Source of the DNA: a virus
Reading direction: 5' to 3' (one strand)
IMG/VR virus record: IMGVR_UViG_3300046660_000510
Span: 10,927-74,926 of that record
Length of the DNA: 64,000 bases
Numbering within the stretch: the stretch's first letter is position 1; each line of letters starts with the position of its first letter. Shown here piece by piece: positions 53,977-63,701 of this stretch. The translations under genes were made by a program, and so were the position numbers. Under the pieces are notes generated by a model. The model worked only from the letters and a program-made list of their open reading frames with translations. It had not been told where the DNA came from and made no database searches.

Positions 53977-56900
53977 GGGCGGCCACCCCTCCCCTGCGGG
54001 CCCGGCGCACGCTGCGCCCGACCTGGCTTCCGATGTCCGAGGCGGTGGCGTTGGTGCGGACCGCGGTGACGCTGACGTGGGTGTCGCCGCCCCCGCGGAC
54101 GATGACGACCGGGCGGGTGGCGGCCACGTCGGTCAGGCCGAGGCCGAAGCGGTGCGCGACATCCGAGAGGACGGGCAGTGCGTGGCGGCGCTTGTTCGGC
54201 CCGAGGGGGAGGTAGGCCTCGCCTCCGGTCTCCGGTTCCGCGAAGGTGACCGCGCCGCCGCGGGTGGAGTAGATCCCGGAGCGGATGCCGCCGTTGGCGT
54301 ACGCGAGGTGCTTGTTGGCGTTGCCCAGGTCGGCGAGGAACTTCGCGGAGCGGGAGCCCAGCGACGACTGGATCTGGCTCTTCGCTTTGTTGGCCACGGT
54401 GATGATCTCGTCTTCGCCGATCCCGGTCTTCCCGGCGACGTCGTGGATGCCGGTCTTGCTGCTGGAGATCGCGGCAATGATCTGCACCAGTTCGGTGAGC
54501 TGGTCGCTGGTCAGGCTGTTCGCCGAGGACTTTGCCGCACTGTTGGCCTTGGCCGCCGACGAGGGCGACTTCACGGCGTCCGCGGCGAGCTTCTGCGCGG
54601 CATCGTCTCCCTGTGCGGCAAGCTGGGTGGCCAGGTCGCCGTAGCCCATGCCGGCGAGCTTCGCGAGGTTCGCCTGGAACGCGGCGGAGGTTTTGGTGGA
54701 GGCGTTCAGCTGCTTCGTGTAGTCGGCGAGGGTGGCCTTGGCGATCGGGGCGAGCTTCCGAAGGTTCGCGACGATGCTGTTGAACTGGGATTTCGATGCC
54801 TTGGCGAGGGCGGCGACCATGGTGGCGCCTTCGGCTCCCATGTCCCGCAGCTGGTCGACGACGTCCGCACCACCCCGCGATGCGATCTTGTTCAGGTTCG
54901 CCTCGTAGGCGGCATTCGCCTTCACCGCGCCGGAGAGGGTCTTGTTCCAGTCCGACAGGGAGAACTGCTTCTTGTAGCGGGCCTCCGCGCTCTTCGCGGC
55001 ATCGGTGGCGGTGGCCACGCCTCGGCGGGCCTTGGCGACCGCGTTCTCCGCTGCGACCAGCTGGGCGTGGGTGTGGTGACCCTTGCGGACCTGCGCCAGC
55101 CGGGCCTCGGCCGTGCGCAGCGAGCCCACCGCGTTCGCCTGCGCGCGGAGCTTCTTGGTGTACTCGTCCTTGGTGATCGGCTGGTGGGCGCTGGTGTAAG
55201 CGGACGACACGTCCGAGATGGACTTCATGGTGCCGGTCGGGCTGTAGGTGAACCCGCCGGACGCGAAGTGCTGCACACCGCCCGCGATGCCGCCGTCGGC
55301 GAACCGCATGGCCGTCCCGTAGCGGCCCCACATGTTGAGGGCCTTGATGATGCCCTGCCCGCCCATTCCGGTGGTGGCGGCCAGCTTACGGACGGTCTCG
55401 GGAACGAGGACGCCTTCACCCGGGGAGAGGATGGCGGGGACGATGTCGCGGCGCGGGGCGTAGCCGGGCACGAACAGGCCGTTCGCGGCATGGGCGATGC
55501 CGCCGTCGGCGTACTTCGATACCCCGCCCTGGCCGGAAGCGGGGCGGCCGATGGTGGAGTATTTGGCGATCGTCTCCCGGACCGTAGTGATGGTGACGGT
55601 CTTGGACCGCAGGCCAGCGATCGCGGCCTGGATTTCGCGGGCGATGCCGCTGGCCCGGTCCCGCGCCGCCAGCGTGATCGTCTTGTCTTTCAGGCCGTTG
55701 CGGGCGGCCTGGACGGCGGCAAGGTTCTTGCTCGCGGCACCCGTGAGGGCAGTCACCTTGAACTGGCCGTTAGGCAGCTGCTTGACCTTGAACCCGAGGC
55801 TTTCCAGCAAGGAAACGGCGTCCTTGGTCAGGGCGCTGACGGTGACGGACTTCGAGTTCGGGGTCTTCTTGATGGCGGCGATCACAGAGTCGAGGCCGTT
55901 GATGGCGTCCTCGGTGCGCATCTCCAGGGTGGTGGACTTCTTGTCCGGGATGCTGAGGATCTGGTCGGCGAGCAGCTTGGCCTGGCTGCTGGTGAGGCCC
56001 ATCGCCTCCGCGGACTTGATGAACGACGCCCGGCCCCGCTCATAGATCCCGTTGACGGTCTCCCACGACGCCCCCGACTCCCGCGCGGCCGTAGCCGCGC
56101 CGTCCGTCTTGTCTGCGAGGTCCTGCAGGGCGCCCGCCGCGTTGCGGGCCTTCTCGCTGTTGAGGTCCAGCTGCCCGTGCGTCATGCTCAAGGCGCCTGC
56201 GTTGTCCTTCGCAGCCTTCGATGCAGCGTCAATGGCAGCCTCGAAGCCGATCATGCCGCCCAAGCCCTGGCGCTGCGCATCGTTGAGGGCCACGATGCTC
56301 TGGCGCAGACCGTCCGCCGAATTCTTCTGAGCGTCGAGCTTCGCCTGCGTGTCCTGTGCGGCCTTCCCGAACACGCCCATGCTGGCCGCGGCGAGTTCCT
56401 GCTCGAACCTTTGGTCGGCCAGGGCGCTCTTGTAGTCGTCCAGCCGGTCCTTGAGTTCCTTGCCGCTCATGCCCTGCTTGCGCATCGCAGCCGCGATCTT
56501 GTCGAATGCCTGCTCTGCGATGTCGGCCTTGCCGCCCTGTACGAGGCTGGCCAGTGACTTGTCGACCGCGTCGAGGTTCTTCTTGGCGTCCGCGACGGGC
56601 GTGGAGTCCATCCCCACAAGCTTGGTCAAAAACTGCTGGGTCTTGTCCATGTTGGACGGCCTGGACAGGGTGCGCAGGCTGTCCGACAGCCCGGAGAAGT
56701 CTTTGCCGAAGGCGCGGGCGGCCTCCCCGCTGACCTTGCCCGACTTGCCCAGGTTGCCGAGGCTGGTGGTGAGCCTGTCGACATTCGGCGGGGCCTTCTT
56801 GCCCATGTCGGACAGGCCCTTGAGGACCAGGACCACTGCGGCAATACCGGCGACGACGAGGCTGGCCTTCGCCGCGGTACCCAGGGAAAGGAACGCGGCC

Positions 56901-58630
56901 CGGAGCCCGGCCAGCCCGCCGCCCGCCGCCGCGGACACTCCGCTCAGGGTGACGATCTGGGCGCGAACCCGGGCGATCCCTCCGGCAAGGGCGGCCATTC
57001 CGGCACCGGACAGCTGCAGGATCTTCAGGGCCGACGCCACGCTGAGGATGATCCCGACGAGCTCCGGCGGCAGTGCAGCGACCAGGCGGGCGGCTGCGGT
57101 GACCAGGGCGAGCATGCCCGGTCCGGCCTGCGCGGCGCCTTGCACGAGGGTGATGACGGCCTGTGAGATCGCGCTGATCGCTTCCCGGGCGGCGGGCCCG
57201 TTCTGCCGCGCGTAGTCGATGATCGCGCCCAGTGCTCCGCCGCTGACGTCGCCCTCGGACAGCACCCGGATGAAGTGGATGACCTGGTCGGTCAGCTGGT
57301 CCAGCTTGCCGTCCGTGAAGGATGCGATCTTCGTGGACAGGGAGTCGAAGCCCGGGGTGGCGATGGCGCCGCCCGCGACGGCGACGAGCCGGTTCAGCTG
57401 GGTGGAGGCGGACTTCACCTCTGGGGTCAGGCGCGGGATCAGCGTGTCCAGGATGGCGATGCCGTTGGTGACCGGCTCCATCGTGAAACGGGCCATGCTG
57501 TTGGACCAGTCGCTGAAGTTGCCCTTCAGTGTGGACAGCGCGACCGCGGCCCTCTGCGTTTCGGGCGGCATCTGGGCGAGCTGCTGCTGATATGCCAGCT
57601 GCGCCTGGAGGGCTTGCTTCGAGGTCCGTCCGTGCTGGACGACAGCTTGCTGGTACTTCTTCTCCGCGTCGGCGGCATCGCCCAGCGGGCCGATCTGCCC
57701 GGCGACGGCAATTCCGAACGCGGCGCCGGCTATGCCTGCGGCACCGAACTCGGTGGCGAGGGGCGCCAGGTCCGCCGTCAGACCGGCCACCAGCGGGATG
57801 GCGGCCGGGGCGAGTGTGAGCAGCCCTGACAGCACGCCCTGGAGACCACCGGATCCGTTATCGCCGGACCCGGACAGGCCGCCTACCCGGCCTCGCAGAT
57901 CCCCCAGCCTGCCCCCCACTCGGGTCAGTGATCCGTCCAGGTCGTCCAAGTCGCCACGGAAGGTGCGGGTGCTCGCCGAAAGGTCGTCCAGCCGGCCGCC
58001 GGCCCGGTTCGACGCAGTGTTCAGGGAGCGGACTCCAGCAGCCGCGGTGACCGCACGGGTGCGGAGTTCCGCCAGTTCGCCCCCTGCTTCCCGCGCGGCC
58101 CGCTGGAGGACGTTCAGGGAATGCGCGGTGTCCCTGGCTTCTTCTCGAAGCGTGCTCAGCGATGCCGACACGCGGCCGCTGGTGCGGCCCAGGCTGCCCG
58201 CGTCCACATCGAGGGGAATCGTGATGCGGTTCCCGGTCCCTGCAGCCGTGAGGGCCCGGCGGACTTCGGCGCGCAGGCTGCCCGCGTCCACGTGAAGAGG
58301 GATGGTGATCCGGTTCCCGGTGCCCGCCGTTGCAAGAGCGCGGCGGACTTCGGACCGCAGGCGGGTGCCGTCCACGCCGAGGGGGACCGTAATGCTCTGC
58401 CCGCCGGCGCCGCGAGCGGCAGTCTGAATCTGTCGCCGCAGGTCGCCGGCGTCGACGCTGACACGGATACGGATGTCGCCGCGGGCCGCCTGCCGGAGCT
58501 GGGTGATGTCACGGCGGGCCGTGTTGATGTCGCGGGAGAGGGTCCGGGCCTCGCGGGAGGCGTCCCGCAGGATGCGGGACAGGTCGGATCCCTGCCCTGA
58601 CAGGCGTACCGACAGATTCCACTCGGACAC
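53963..58630 (-). CDS. tape measure protein
   Basis: 1555 aa Ala/Gly-rich helical; after tail chaperones; FADGG repeats; N-terminal 28-aa tandem repeats. Confidence 0.93.
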   Translation of the reverse strand: MSEWNLSVRLSGQGSDLSRILRDASREARTLSRDINTARRDITQLRQAARGDIRIRVSVDAGDLRRQIQTAARGAGGQSITVPLGVDGTRLRSEVRRALATAGTGNRITIPLHVDAGSLRAEVRRALTAAGTGNRITIPLDVDAGSLGRTSGRVSASLSTLREEARDTAHSLNVLQRAAREAGGELAELRTRAVTAAAGVRSLNTASNRAGGRLDDLSASTRTFRGDLDDLDGSLTRVGGRLGDLRGRVGGLSGSGDNGSGGLQGVLSGLLTLAPAAIPLVAGLTADLAPLATEFGAAGIAGAAFGIAVAGQIGPLGDAADAEKKYQQAVVQHGRTSKQALQAQLAYQQQLAQMPPETQRAAVALSTLKGNFSDWSNSMARFTMEPVTNGIAILDTLIPRLTPEVKSASTQLNRLVAVAGGAIATPGFDSLSTKIASFTDGKLDQLTDQVIHFIRVLSEGDVSGGALGAIIDYARQNGPAAREAISAISQAVITLVQGAAQAGPGMLALVTAAARLVAALPPELVGIILSVASALKILQLSGAGMAALAGGIARVRAQIVTLSGVSAAAGGGLAGLRAAFLSLGTAAKASLVVAGIAAVVLVLKGLSDMGKKAPPNVDRLTTSLGNLGKSGKVSGEAARAFGKDFSGLSDSLRTLSRPSNMDKTQQFLTKLVGMDSTPVADAKKNLDAVDKSLASLVQGGKADIAEQAFDKIAAAMRKQGMSGKELKDRLDDYKSALADQRFEQELAAASMGVFGKAAQDTQAKLDAQKNSADGLRQSIVALNDAQRQGLGGMIGFEAAIDAASKAAKDNAGALSMTHGQLDLNSEKARNAAGALQDLADKTDGAATAARESGASWETVNGIYERGRASFIKSAEAMGLTSSQAKLLADQILSIPDKKSTTLEMRTEDAINGLDSVIAAIKKTPNSKSVTVSALTKDAVSLLESLGFKVKQLPNGQFKVTALTGAASKNLAAVQAARNGLKDKTITLAARDRASGIAREIQAAIAGLRSKTVTITTVRETIAKYSTIGRPASGQGGVSKYADGGIAHAANGLFVPGYAPRRDIVPAILSPGEGVLVPETVRKLAATTGMGGQGIIKALNMWGRYGTAMRFADGGIAGGVQHFASGGFTYSPTGTMKSISDVSSAYTSAHQPITKDEYTKKLRAQANAVGSLRTAEARLAQVRKGHHTHAQLVAAENAVAKARRGVATATDAAKSAEARYKKQFSLSDWNKTLSGAVKANAAYEANLNKIASRGGADVVDQLRDMGAEGATMVAALAKASKSQFNSIVANLRKLAPIAKATLADYTKQLNASTKTSAAFQANLAKLAGMGYGDLATQLAAQGDDAAQKLAADAVKSPSSAAKANSAAKSSANSLTSDQLTELVQIIAAISSSKTGIHDVAGKTGIGEDEIITVANKAKSQIQSSLGSRSAKFLADLGNANKHLAYANGGIRSGIYSTRGGAVTFAEPETGGEAYLPLGPNKRRHALPVLSDVAHRFGLGLTDVAATRPVVIVRGGGDTHVSVTAVRTNATASDIGSQVGRSVRRARRGGVAARAAA

Positions 58631-58649
58631 CGGACCACTCCTTCCTGGG

Positions 58650-59033
58650 TTACCTCTGCGGGATGCGGGTGCGGGCGACCTGCATGGCCGCGTGGACGCT
58701 GGTGGGGATCAGGAGGACCTTCACGCCGTGCCCTTCGTCGCCGTCGGGGACGGTCTTATGCCGGTCGGCGAGGAGCTGGCAGCCGATGCAGCGGTGTGTG
58801 ATGGCGGTGTAGGCGTCGTCGTCTCCGCCTGCGTCCTCATCCCATTCGTCGGCGCGGGTGCCGCAGGACGGGCACACGGCGCGCTGGTAGTCCTCGAGGG
58901 CGAGGGCTTTGCGCCGGTCGAGGTCGGACCAGGTGCCGTCGCCGTGCCCGCGGAAGAGGCTGTGCGGGATGCGGTAGGTCCGGCACAGCTCCATCTCGGC
59001 ACGGAAACGCTCATCATCGATCAGCCTTTTCCC
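58650..59033 (-). CDS. tail assembly chaperone, -1 frameshift extension (gpT-like)
   Basis: open -1 frame GKRLIDDE... from slippery GGGAAAA. Confidence 0.8.
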   Translation of the reverse strand, partial: GKRLIDDERFRAEMELCRTYRIPHSLFRGHGDGTWSDLDRRKALALEDYQRAVCPSCGTRADEWDEDAGGDDDAYTAITHRCIGCQLLADRHKTVPDGDEGHGVKVLLIPTSVHAAMQVARTRIPQR

Positions 59034-59554
59034 AGGTCGGTCCGCTGGGTGTGCTGGATGGACCAGGCCGCGTTCCACAGCGAGCTGGCGTCGCCCGTGG
59101 ACCAGGTGTCGAGGTAGCGGGCGGCGGCTTCGACGGGCATGCCGTCCAGGGATGCTGCGGAGACGAGGGCCGGGCCGAAGGTGGCCATGGCGTATTCGTC
59201 GCCCTTGGCCTCGTCGGCCTCGCTGGCCGGATGCTGGGTCTGGAGTCGCTCGAGTTCCTTGCGCTCCAGAGCGGCGAAGCGCAGCACGATGATTTCGGCG
59301 TCGTACGCCTTGCGGGCCGCCGTGAGTTCGGTGGCTGCCGCCTTGGCTTCCTGCTGGTAGACGGCGCGGGCGTCCGGATCGGTGTCCTTGGGCAGGTCCT
59401 TGAGGTGCTGCTGTGCTTCCTCGTCGGCGTACTGCGCTCGGAGGAAGCGGTCGCGGATGTCGGTGTCCTGGCACAGCCTGAAGGTGCTGACCGGCTTCTT
59501 GACGTTGTCGAGGCGCTTCGCGAGGGCGTCCCAGGTGCTGTCGGTGGTCGTCAT
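59021..59554 (-). CDS. tail assembly chaperone (gpG-like)
   Basis: between tail tube and TMP; ends CTG GGA AAA GGC TGA. Confidence 0.85.
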   Translation of the reverse strand: MTTTDSTWDALAKRLDNVKKPVSTFRLCQDTDIRDRFLRAQYADEEAQQHLKDLPKDTDPDARAVYQQEAKAAATELTAARKAYDAEIIVLRFAALERKELERLQTQHPASEADEAKGDEYAMATFGPALVSAASLDGMPVEAAARYLDTWSTGDASSLWNAAWSIQHTQRTDLGKG

Positions 59555-59658
59555 TTGGGTCTCCGTGGGAAGGCCCGGCCGGGCGCGCGCGGCGCCCTTC
59601 CCAGATACACCGGGGCCCGGCCGGGGGCTGGTGGGGATGCGGCAGGTTCAGGCCGGGG

Positions 59659-60123
59659 TTACGGCGCGGTGCCGTTGAACAGGGGGCGGCCGGTGATCGT
59701 GAACTGGACGGTGATCTTCGCTGCCTCGTTGTCCGCGGTGTAGGCCTTCGAGTTGCTGACCACGGTGATCGGGTAGACGTCCATGCCCTTGGCGCCGGTC
59801 GTCTTGCCCTTGGAGAAGATGACGATGAAGCCCGACGTGCCCTTGGCCAGGTCCGTTTCGACGTCGTCGAGGGCGGAGTCCTCGTAGAAGGTGAGCGAGG
59901 AGTCCGCGGCGGAGTCGTCGCCGCCGATCTTGGAGACGAACGTGGACGCCATGTCCGGGGTCTCGATGGGCTGGTTTTCCAGCGACCAGCCGTCGATGGC
60001 GTTGATCTGCGCCGTGTAGTCGGTACCAGCGGTGATCTCCGAGCTGGTCGGGATCAGCGTCGTCGCGGCGATGGTCGGCAGGTAGTAGATCTTGGTGGTG
60101 CCCTTGCGGTTGAACCTTGCCAT
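59659..60123 (-). CDS. major tail (tube) protein
   Basis: GTTKIYYLPTIA...PT..EI.AGTD...TPDMAS.FVSKI.G. Confidence 0.85.
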   Translation of the reverse strand: MARFNRKGTTKIYYLPTIAATTLIPTSSEITAGTDYTAQINAIDGWSLENQPIETPDMASTFVSKIGGDDSAADSSLTFYEDSALDDVETDLAKGTSGFIVIFSKGKTTGAKGMDVYPITVVSNSKAYTADNEAAKITVQFTITGRPLFNGTAP

Positions 60124-60245
60124 GGTGGCCCCTCGCGGATAGGGGCCAATGGGGACCCCTGCTACACGTGTTGGTGTGTGGCGGCCACCAGCTGTGGTGG
60201 CGTCCGCGTGGGGTCCCGCCGCGGTGCGGTCGTACTACGCCCTTG

Positions 60246-60713
60246 TCAGGCGGTCGCTTCCAGATAGAACCGGAAACGGATCACTGCTGTGATGATGGCA
60301 TCTCCCGCGTCGGATGTTCCCCCCGCTTCCCGTGCCTCCCGGCAGTAGCAGGTGACGCCGGGAATGGTCAGCGGGTGCGCGTAGCCGGGACTGCCGTCCA
60401 CGGGCCGCTCGATCACCTTGCGCCCCTTGTCGGCCAGCCACTGCGCCTGGACGACCGTCCCCTGACTATCCGGGTGGCCCGGGGTGGGGCCGGACACGAA
60501 CGTCGCCTGGTAGTCGGAGACGGCCACCCGGTGCCGGTCGGCGATCGTCCCGTCGTCCGAGTTGTGGTCCAGCGGGTACAGCAGCGTGTAGGGCGGCGGG
60601 TACGGCTGGCTGGTGTCAGGATCCATGGGCACGGTGACCAGTCCGACGGGCTTCCCAGTGAGGGCGGCCAGCAGGCCCATGACGCCGTCGGTAACGGGCT
60701 GACGGTCGATCAT
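60246..60713 (-). CDS. tail terminator-like protein
   Basis: PPPYTLLYP, YQATFVS; synteny. Confidence 0.7.
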   Translation of the reverse strand: MIDRQPVTDGVMGLLAALTGKPVGLVTVPMDPDTSQPYPPPYTLLYPLDHNSDDGTIADRHRVAVSDYQATFVSGPTPGHPDSQGTVVQAQWLADKGRKVIERPVDGSPGYAHPLTIPGVTCYCREAREAGGTSDAGDAIITAVIRFRFYLEATA

Positions 60714-61108
60714 CAGGCTCCCCCGAAGATGCGGTCCAGGGCGTCCTTGAACGCGTCCTCGTACTGCGTGGACAGTTCGTTGACGGACGGTTCCACGTGC
60801 GGGAACGGCGGCTGGAAGTAGTGTCGGCCGATGCTGTCCGTCATGTCGTAGAAGCCGAACTCGAGGCGCCTACCCTGCGGCTTACGGGTGCCGACCTCTA
60901 CTCCACCGCCGTCCGGCACGGTGAAGGGTTCCGGTGTCCAGGAGCCGCGGTAGTCGCCGGAGATGACGTTCGGTCCCGGGCGTCCGGAGGCGCGCTCCAT
61001 GATGAGGGCGCGCAGCAGACGGCCCTGCTGCTGCACCGTTCGGTTCACCTCCGGGCCCACCCGGTCCGCGGCCCGCTCGAGACGGCCGGCAAGCTCATCG
61101 AGGTCCAT
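60713..61108 (-). CDS. HK97 gp10-like tail completion protein
   Basis: SGDYRGSW...RRLEFG...QPPFPHVEP. Confidence 0.8.
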   Translation of the reverse strand: MDLDELAGRLERAADRVGPEVNRTVQQQGRLLRALIMERASGRPGPNVISGDYRGSWTPEPFTVPDGGGVEVGTRKPQGRRLEFGFYDMTDSIGRHYFQPPFPHVEPSVNELSTQYEDAFKDALDRIFGGA

Positions 61109-61554
61109 CAGCTGGCCGCCTCCCTCGTCTGCTGCACCTGGTCCAGCCCGGTGATGCGAACGACGGCGATGGTGCCCGCGTTCGACGGATCCTGGACCCG
61201 CCACTGCCGACCCAGCAGCGCCAGGTCGCCACCCGCGTGGACCTGGACGACGGAGACGAGCATGTCCTTCTCCGCGATCGGCGCATCGAGCGGAGTGAGC
61301 GCCACGTACTTGGAGTTGGTCTCCCCCACCCAGGGAAGGTTCTGCCCGGGCAGCGCGGACAGGCCGCCCGGCGTGCCGACGACCTGCACGGCGCCCTTGC
61401 CCTCGTACACGGTCTCCGCCTCCGGCCACACGTACTCGCCCGTGCCCTGGTCGAAGACCGGGGACCCTGCGGCGGGGCGGGAGATGCGGACCGTGTCGAG
61501 CAGGATGAACCCCTCGAGGAACACGGCGACCGAGGACAGGTCCAGTCCGGGCAT
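61108..61554 (-). CDS. head closure protein (DUF6093-like)
   Basis: DTVRISRP...D..TG...TVYEGKG.VQ. Confidence 0.75.
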   Translation of the reverse strand: MPGLDLSSVAVFLEGFILLDTVRISRPAAGSPVFDQGTGEYVWPEAETVYEGKGAVQVVGTPGGLSALPGQNLPWVGETNSKYVALTPLDAPIAEKDMLVSVVQVHAGGDLALLGRQWRVQDPSNAGTIAVVRITGLDQVQQTREAAS

Positions 61555-61940
61555 TACGCGCCTCCCTTGCCCTGCGCCCAGTCGGCGAGTGTGGCGAGCA
61601 TGGCGCGCGCCGTCGCCCCCTCACCGCCCCCGTAGTCCGCGCGGTTGAGTGCGGCCTGGTCCAAGAGGACAGGGTCGACCTCGGCGAGGAAGGCGGCCAC
61701 CAGCTCGCCCGGGCTCTTGCTGATGCCGACCGCGACCCGGGCCAGTCCCTCCCACACAACACCGTCCGCATGCCGGGTGTGTAGCACAAGGGTGGGCAGC
61801 TGGTCGGCGATGGAGTGGTGGAGGGTGTAGCCGGTGACCTGCCCTGCGGGCAGCGGGGTGCCGTCCAGGCTGATGGTGGCGCTCCCGGGCTGCGCGTCGA
61901 TACGCACGCCGTGGGCCTGCGGCTCATCCGGGGTGGTCAT
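61554..61940 (-). CDS. hypothetical protein
   Basis: coupled in head-tail region. Confidence 0.65.
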   Translation of the reverse strand: MTTPDEPQAHGVRIDAQPGSATISLDGTPLPAGQVTGYTLHHSIADQLPTLVLHTRHADGVVWEGLARVAVGISKSPGELVAAFLAEVDPVLLDQAALNRADYGGGEGATARAMLATLADWAQGKGGA

Positions 61941-62173
61941 TCGTCGCCCTTCTTCCCGATCTCAGCCTGGTTGATGATCTGCTGCGCTGAGGTGAGCAGC
62001 CCGTTCTGTTCGATCCACGACAGGCCTTCGCTGGAGGCGAGCATGAGGGCTACGTCGCCGTCCTTGTCGACCACCTTGGCGATGACGAGTGCGGAGGCGA
62101 TCAGGTCGCCCTCGTCGAGTTCGATGCGGGTTCCCAGGCCGTCCAGAACTGGCCCGATGGGCTGGTCGGTCAC
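61937..62173 (-). CDS. hypothetical protein
   Basis: AGGAG RBS, GTGA overlap. Confidence 0.65.
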   Translation of the reverse strand: MTDQPIGPVLDGLGTRIELDEGDLIASALVIAKVVDKDGDVALMLASSEGLSWIEQNGLLTSAQQIINQAEIGKKGDE

Positions 62174-63006
62174 AGGGCTGCTCCTGATCGGATTTCGGTA
62201 CGGCCGATGAGGTCGAGGCGGGGCAGCAGCTCGCGCTGGCAGTGGGGGTGTGCGACCGGGTGGGCGAGGGCGTCCTGGACGGTGCGCAGGGTGCGGTTGG
62301 CGCGGTCTGGGTCGTCGTGTGACGTCCATCCGCAGTCCGCTCCGTCTCGGACCTCGAGCCACTCGGTGCCGAGTTCGTCCAGGGCGGTGCGGGCGGCCGC
62401 GGTGTTGGCGGTGGTGACGGCCTGCCAGGTGATGGAGGCGCGCGCCCACGAGTCAACGGGGTGGCGCGCCTGGTTGGCGTAAATCACCGTGTCGAGGGGG
62501 TGGTCGCGGCGCAGCTGGTCGGTGTTGATGCGGCCGCTGGTGTCGCGGGCGGCGTCCTGGGCGGCGCGCAGGAACGCGCGGGCACGGCGGAGGGCTTCCT
62601 GGATACGGCCGGTGAGGTCGGCGTAGTACTGCGCGGACATGGTGGTGATGGCGGCGCGGTGCCGTCCGGTCCACGTGAACAGGGCATGGGGGCGGTCGGC
62701 GTTGTCGAGCATGGTGAGGGCGCCCTCACGGTAGATGAGGGGCAGGTCGGCGGCCGCCCACCGTTCGGCCATCGCGCCGGCGGCCCGGTTGAAGGTGGCC
62801 AGCGAAGTGTTGAAGGCGGCGATCGCTGCGCGCAGGCGGCGGCTGACGCCGTTGCGGGTGGGCGGGATCGTGGCGAGGGCGTTCAGCAGCCGGGTCTGGG
62901 CGAGGGTGAGGACGCTCCATGCGGCGCGGAGCCGGTCGACGGCGCCGGTGATGTAGGCGAGGAGGCGGGAGCGGAGGGTGCGGCCGCGGCGCACGTGGGT
63001 AGTCAT
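62170..63006 (-). CDS. MuF-like minor capsid protein
   Basis: DGADCGW..H...HPVAHPHCQR. Confidence 0.75.
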   Translation of the reverse strand: MTTHVRRGRTLRSRLLAYITGAVDRLRAAWSVLTLAQTRLLNALATIPPTRNGVSRRLRAAIAAFNTSLATFNRAAGAMAERWAAADLPLIYREGALTMLDNADRPHALFTWTGRHRAAITTMSAQYYADLTGRIQEALRRARAFLRAAQDAARDTSGRINTDQLRRDHPLDTVIYANQARHPVDSWARASITWQAVTTANTAAARTALDELGTEWLEVRDGADCGWTSHDDPDRANRTLRTVQDALAHPVAHPHCQRELLPRLDLIGRTEIRSGAAL

Positions 63007-63335
63007 CGGCGGGGCCGTTCGACCAGGTACAACACGCCCAGGTCGCCGCTGATGCCGGTGCCGTCGTCGGGGTCGTCGGGCGCTGGGGGTTCGCCGACCT
63101 CGAGGGCGGCGATCTGCCGCTCGTAGGCCCGAATGTTCTCGGTGAAGGAGACCCCGACGACGCTGGACACGTTGACGGTGGACGGCTGCTGGCGCAGGGC
63201 TGCGAGCCGTTCGCGCAGGACCTCGAGGGCGACAGCACGCGCCGTGCCGAGCCGGGTGTAGCGGGTCTGCAGGTCGGCCTGGTCAGTGGCCGTACCGAGC
63301 TGGGCAAGCAGCCAGGCCTTTACATCGACGTCCAC
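63003..63335 (-). CDS. head-tail adaptor-like protein
   Basis: synteny after capsid; GGAGG RBS. Confidence 0.6.
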   Translation of the reverse strand: MDVDVKAWLLAQLGTATDQADLQTRYTRLGTARAVALEVLRERLAALRQQPSTVNVSSVVGVSFTENIRAYERQIAALEVGEPPAPDDPDDGTGISGDLGVLYLVERPRR

Positions 63336-63377
63336 GGGGCGGCCTCCAGGAGCGGGTTGAGGGGGAAGGGGGTGCGG

Positions 63378-63424
63378 GTGCGGGCCCGCCGGATGGCGCC
63401 CCCACCACGGGGGCGGGCCCGCAC
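63378..63424 (-). terminator. stem-loop after capsid genes
   Basis: GTGCGGGCCCGCC...GGCGGGCCCGCAC. Confidence 0.6.
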
Positions 63425-63429
63425 ACGCT

Positions 63430-63699
63430 TTAGTCGCCGCTGTCGCCCTCGTCAGCGGCGCTCCGGCCCCGAGCCGGTTTGCGGGCCGCGGTCTTCTTCG
63501 CGGCCGGCTTGGACTCCGCAGCGTCGTCGCCCTCGGGCGTCTTGGCTGCGGTGTTCTCGGAAGCGTCGTCTTCCCAGGCCGCCGGGTTGGTGACCAGGTC
63601 GGCGAGACGCTTCTCGGGTGTGGACCCTGCCTCGAGGACGACGCTCTCGTGGCTGTCCGGGTCCGTCACGTACACGGTCGCTGCCAGCTTCCGCCCCAT
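63430..63699 (-). CDS. small capsid-linked protein
   Basis: LAATVYV...VLEAG..P...LVTNPAAWE, basic tail. Confidence 0.7.
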   Translation of the reverse strand: MGRKLAATVYVTDPDSHESVVLEAGSTPEKRLADLVTNPAAWEDDASENTAAKTPEGDDAAESKPAAKKTAARKPARGRSAADEGDSGD

Positions 63700-63701
63700 G
63701 A

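Noticed and set aside
53837-56557. 906-aa plus-strand ORF and other long antisense ORFs (e.g. 45216-47432, 37115-38677)
   Set aside because: Shadow ORFs opposite well-supported genes, typical of high-GC DNA; no motifs.
58190-58480. 84-bp tandem repeats as a DNA-level element
   Set aside because: They are in-frame 28-aa repeats of the tape measure N-terminus.
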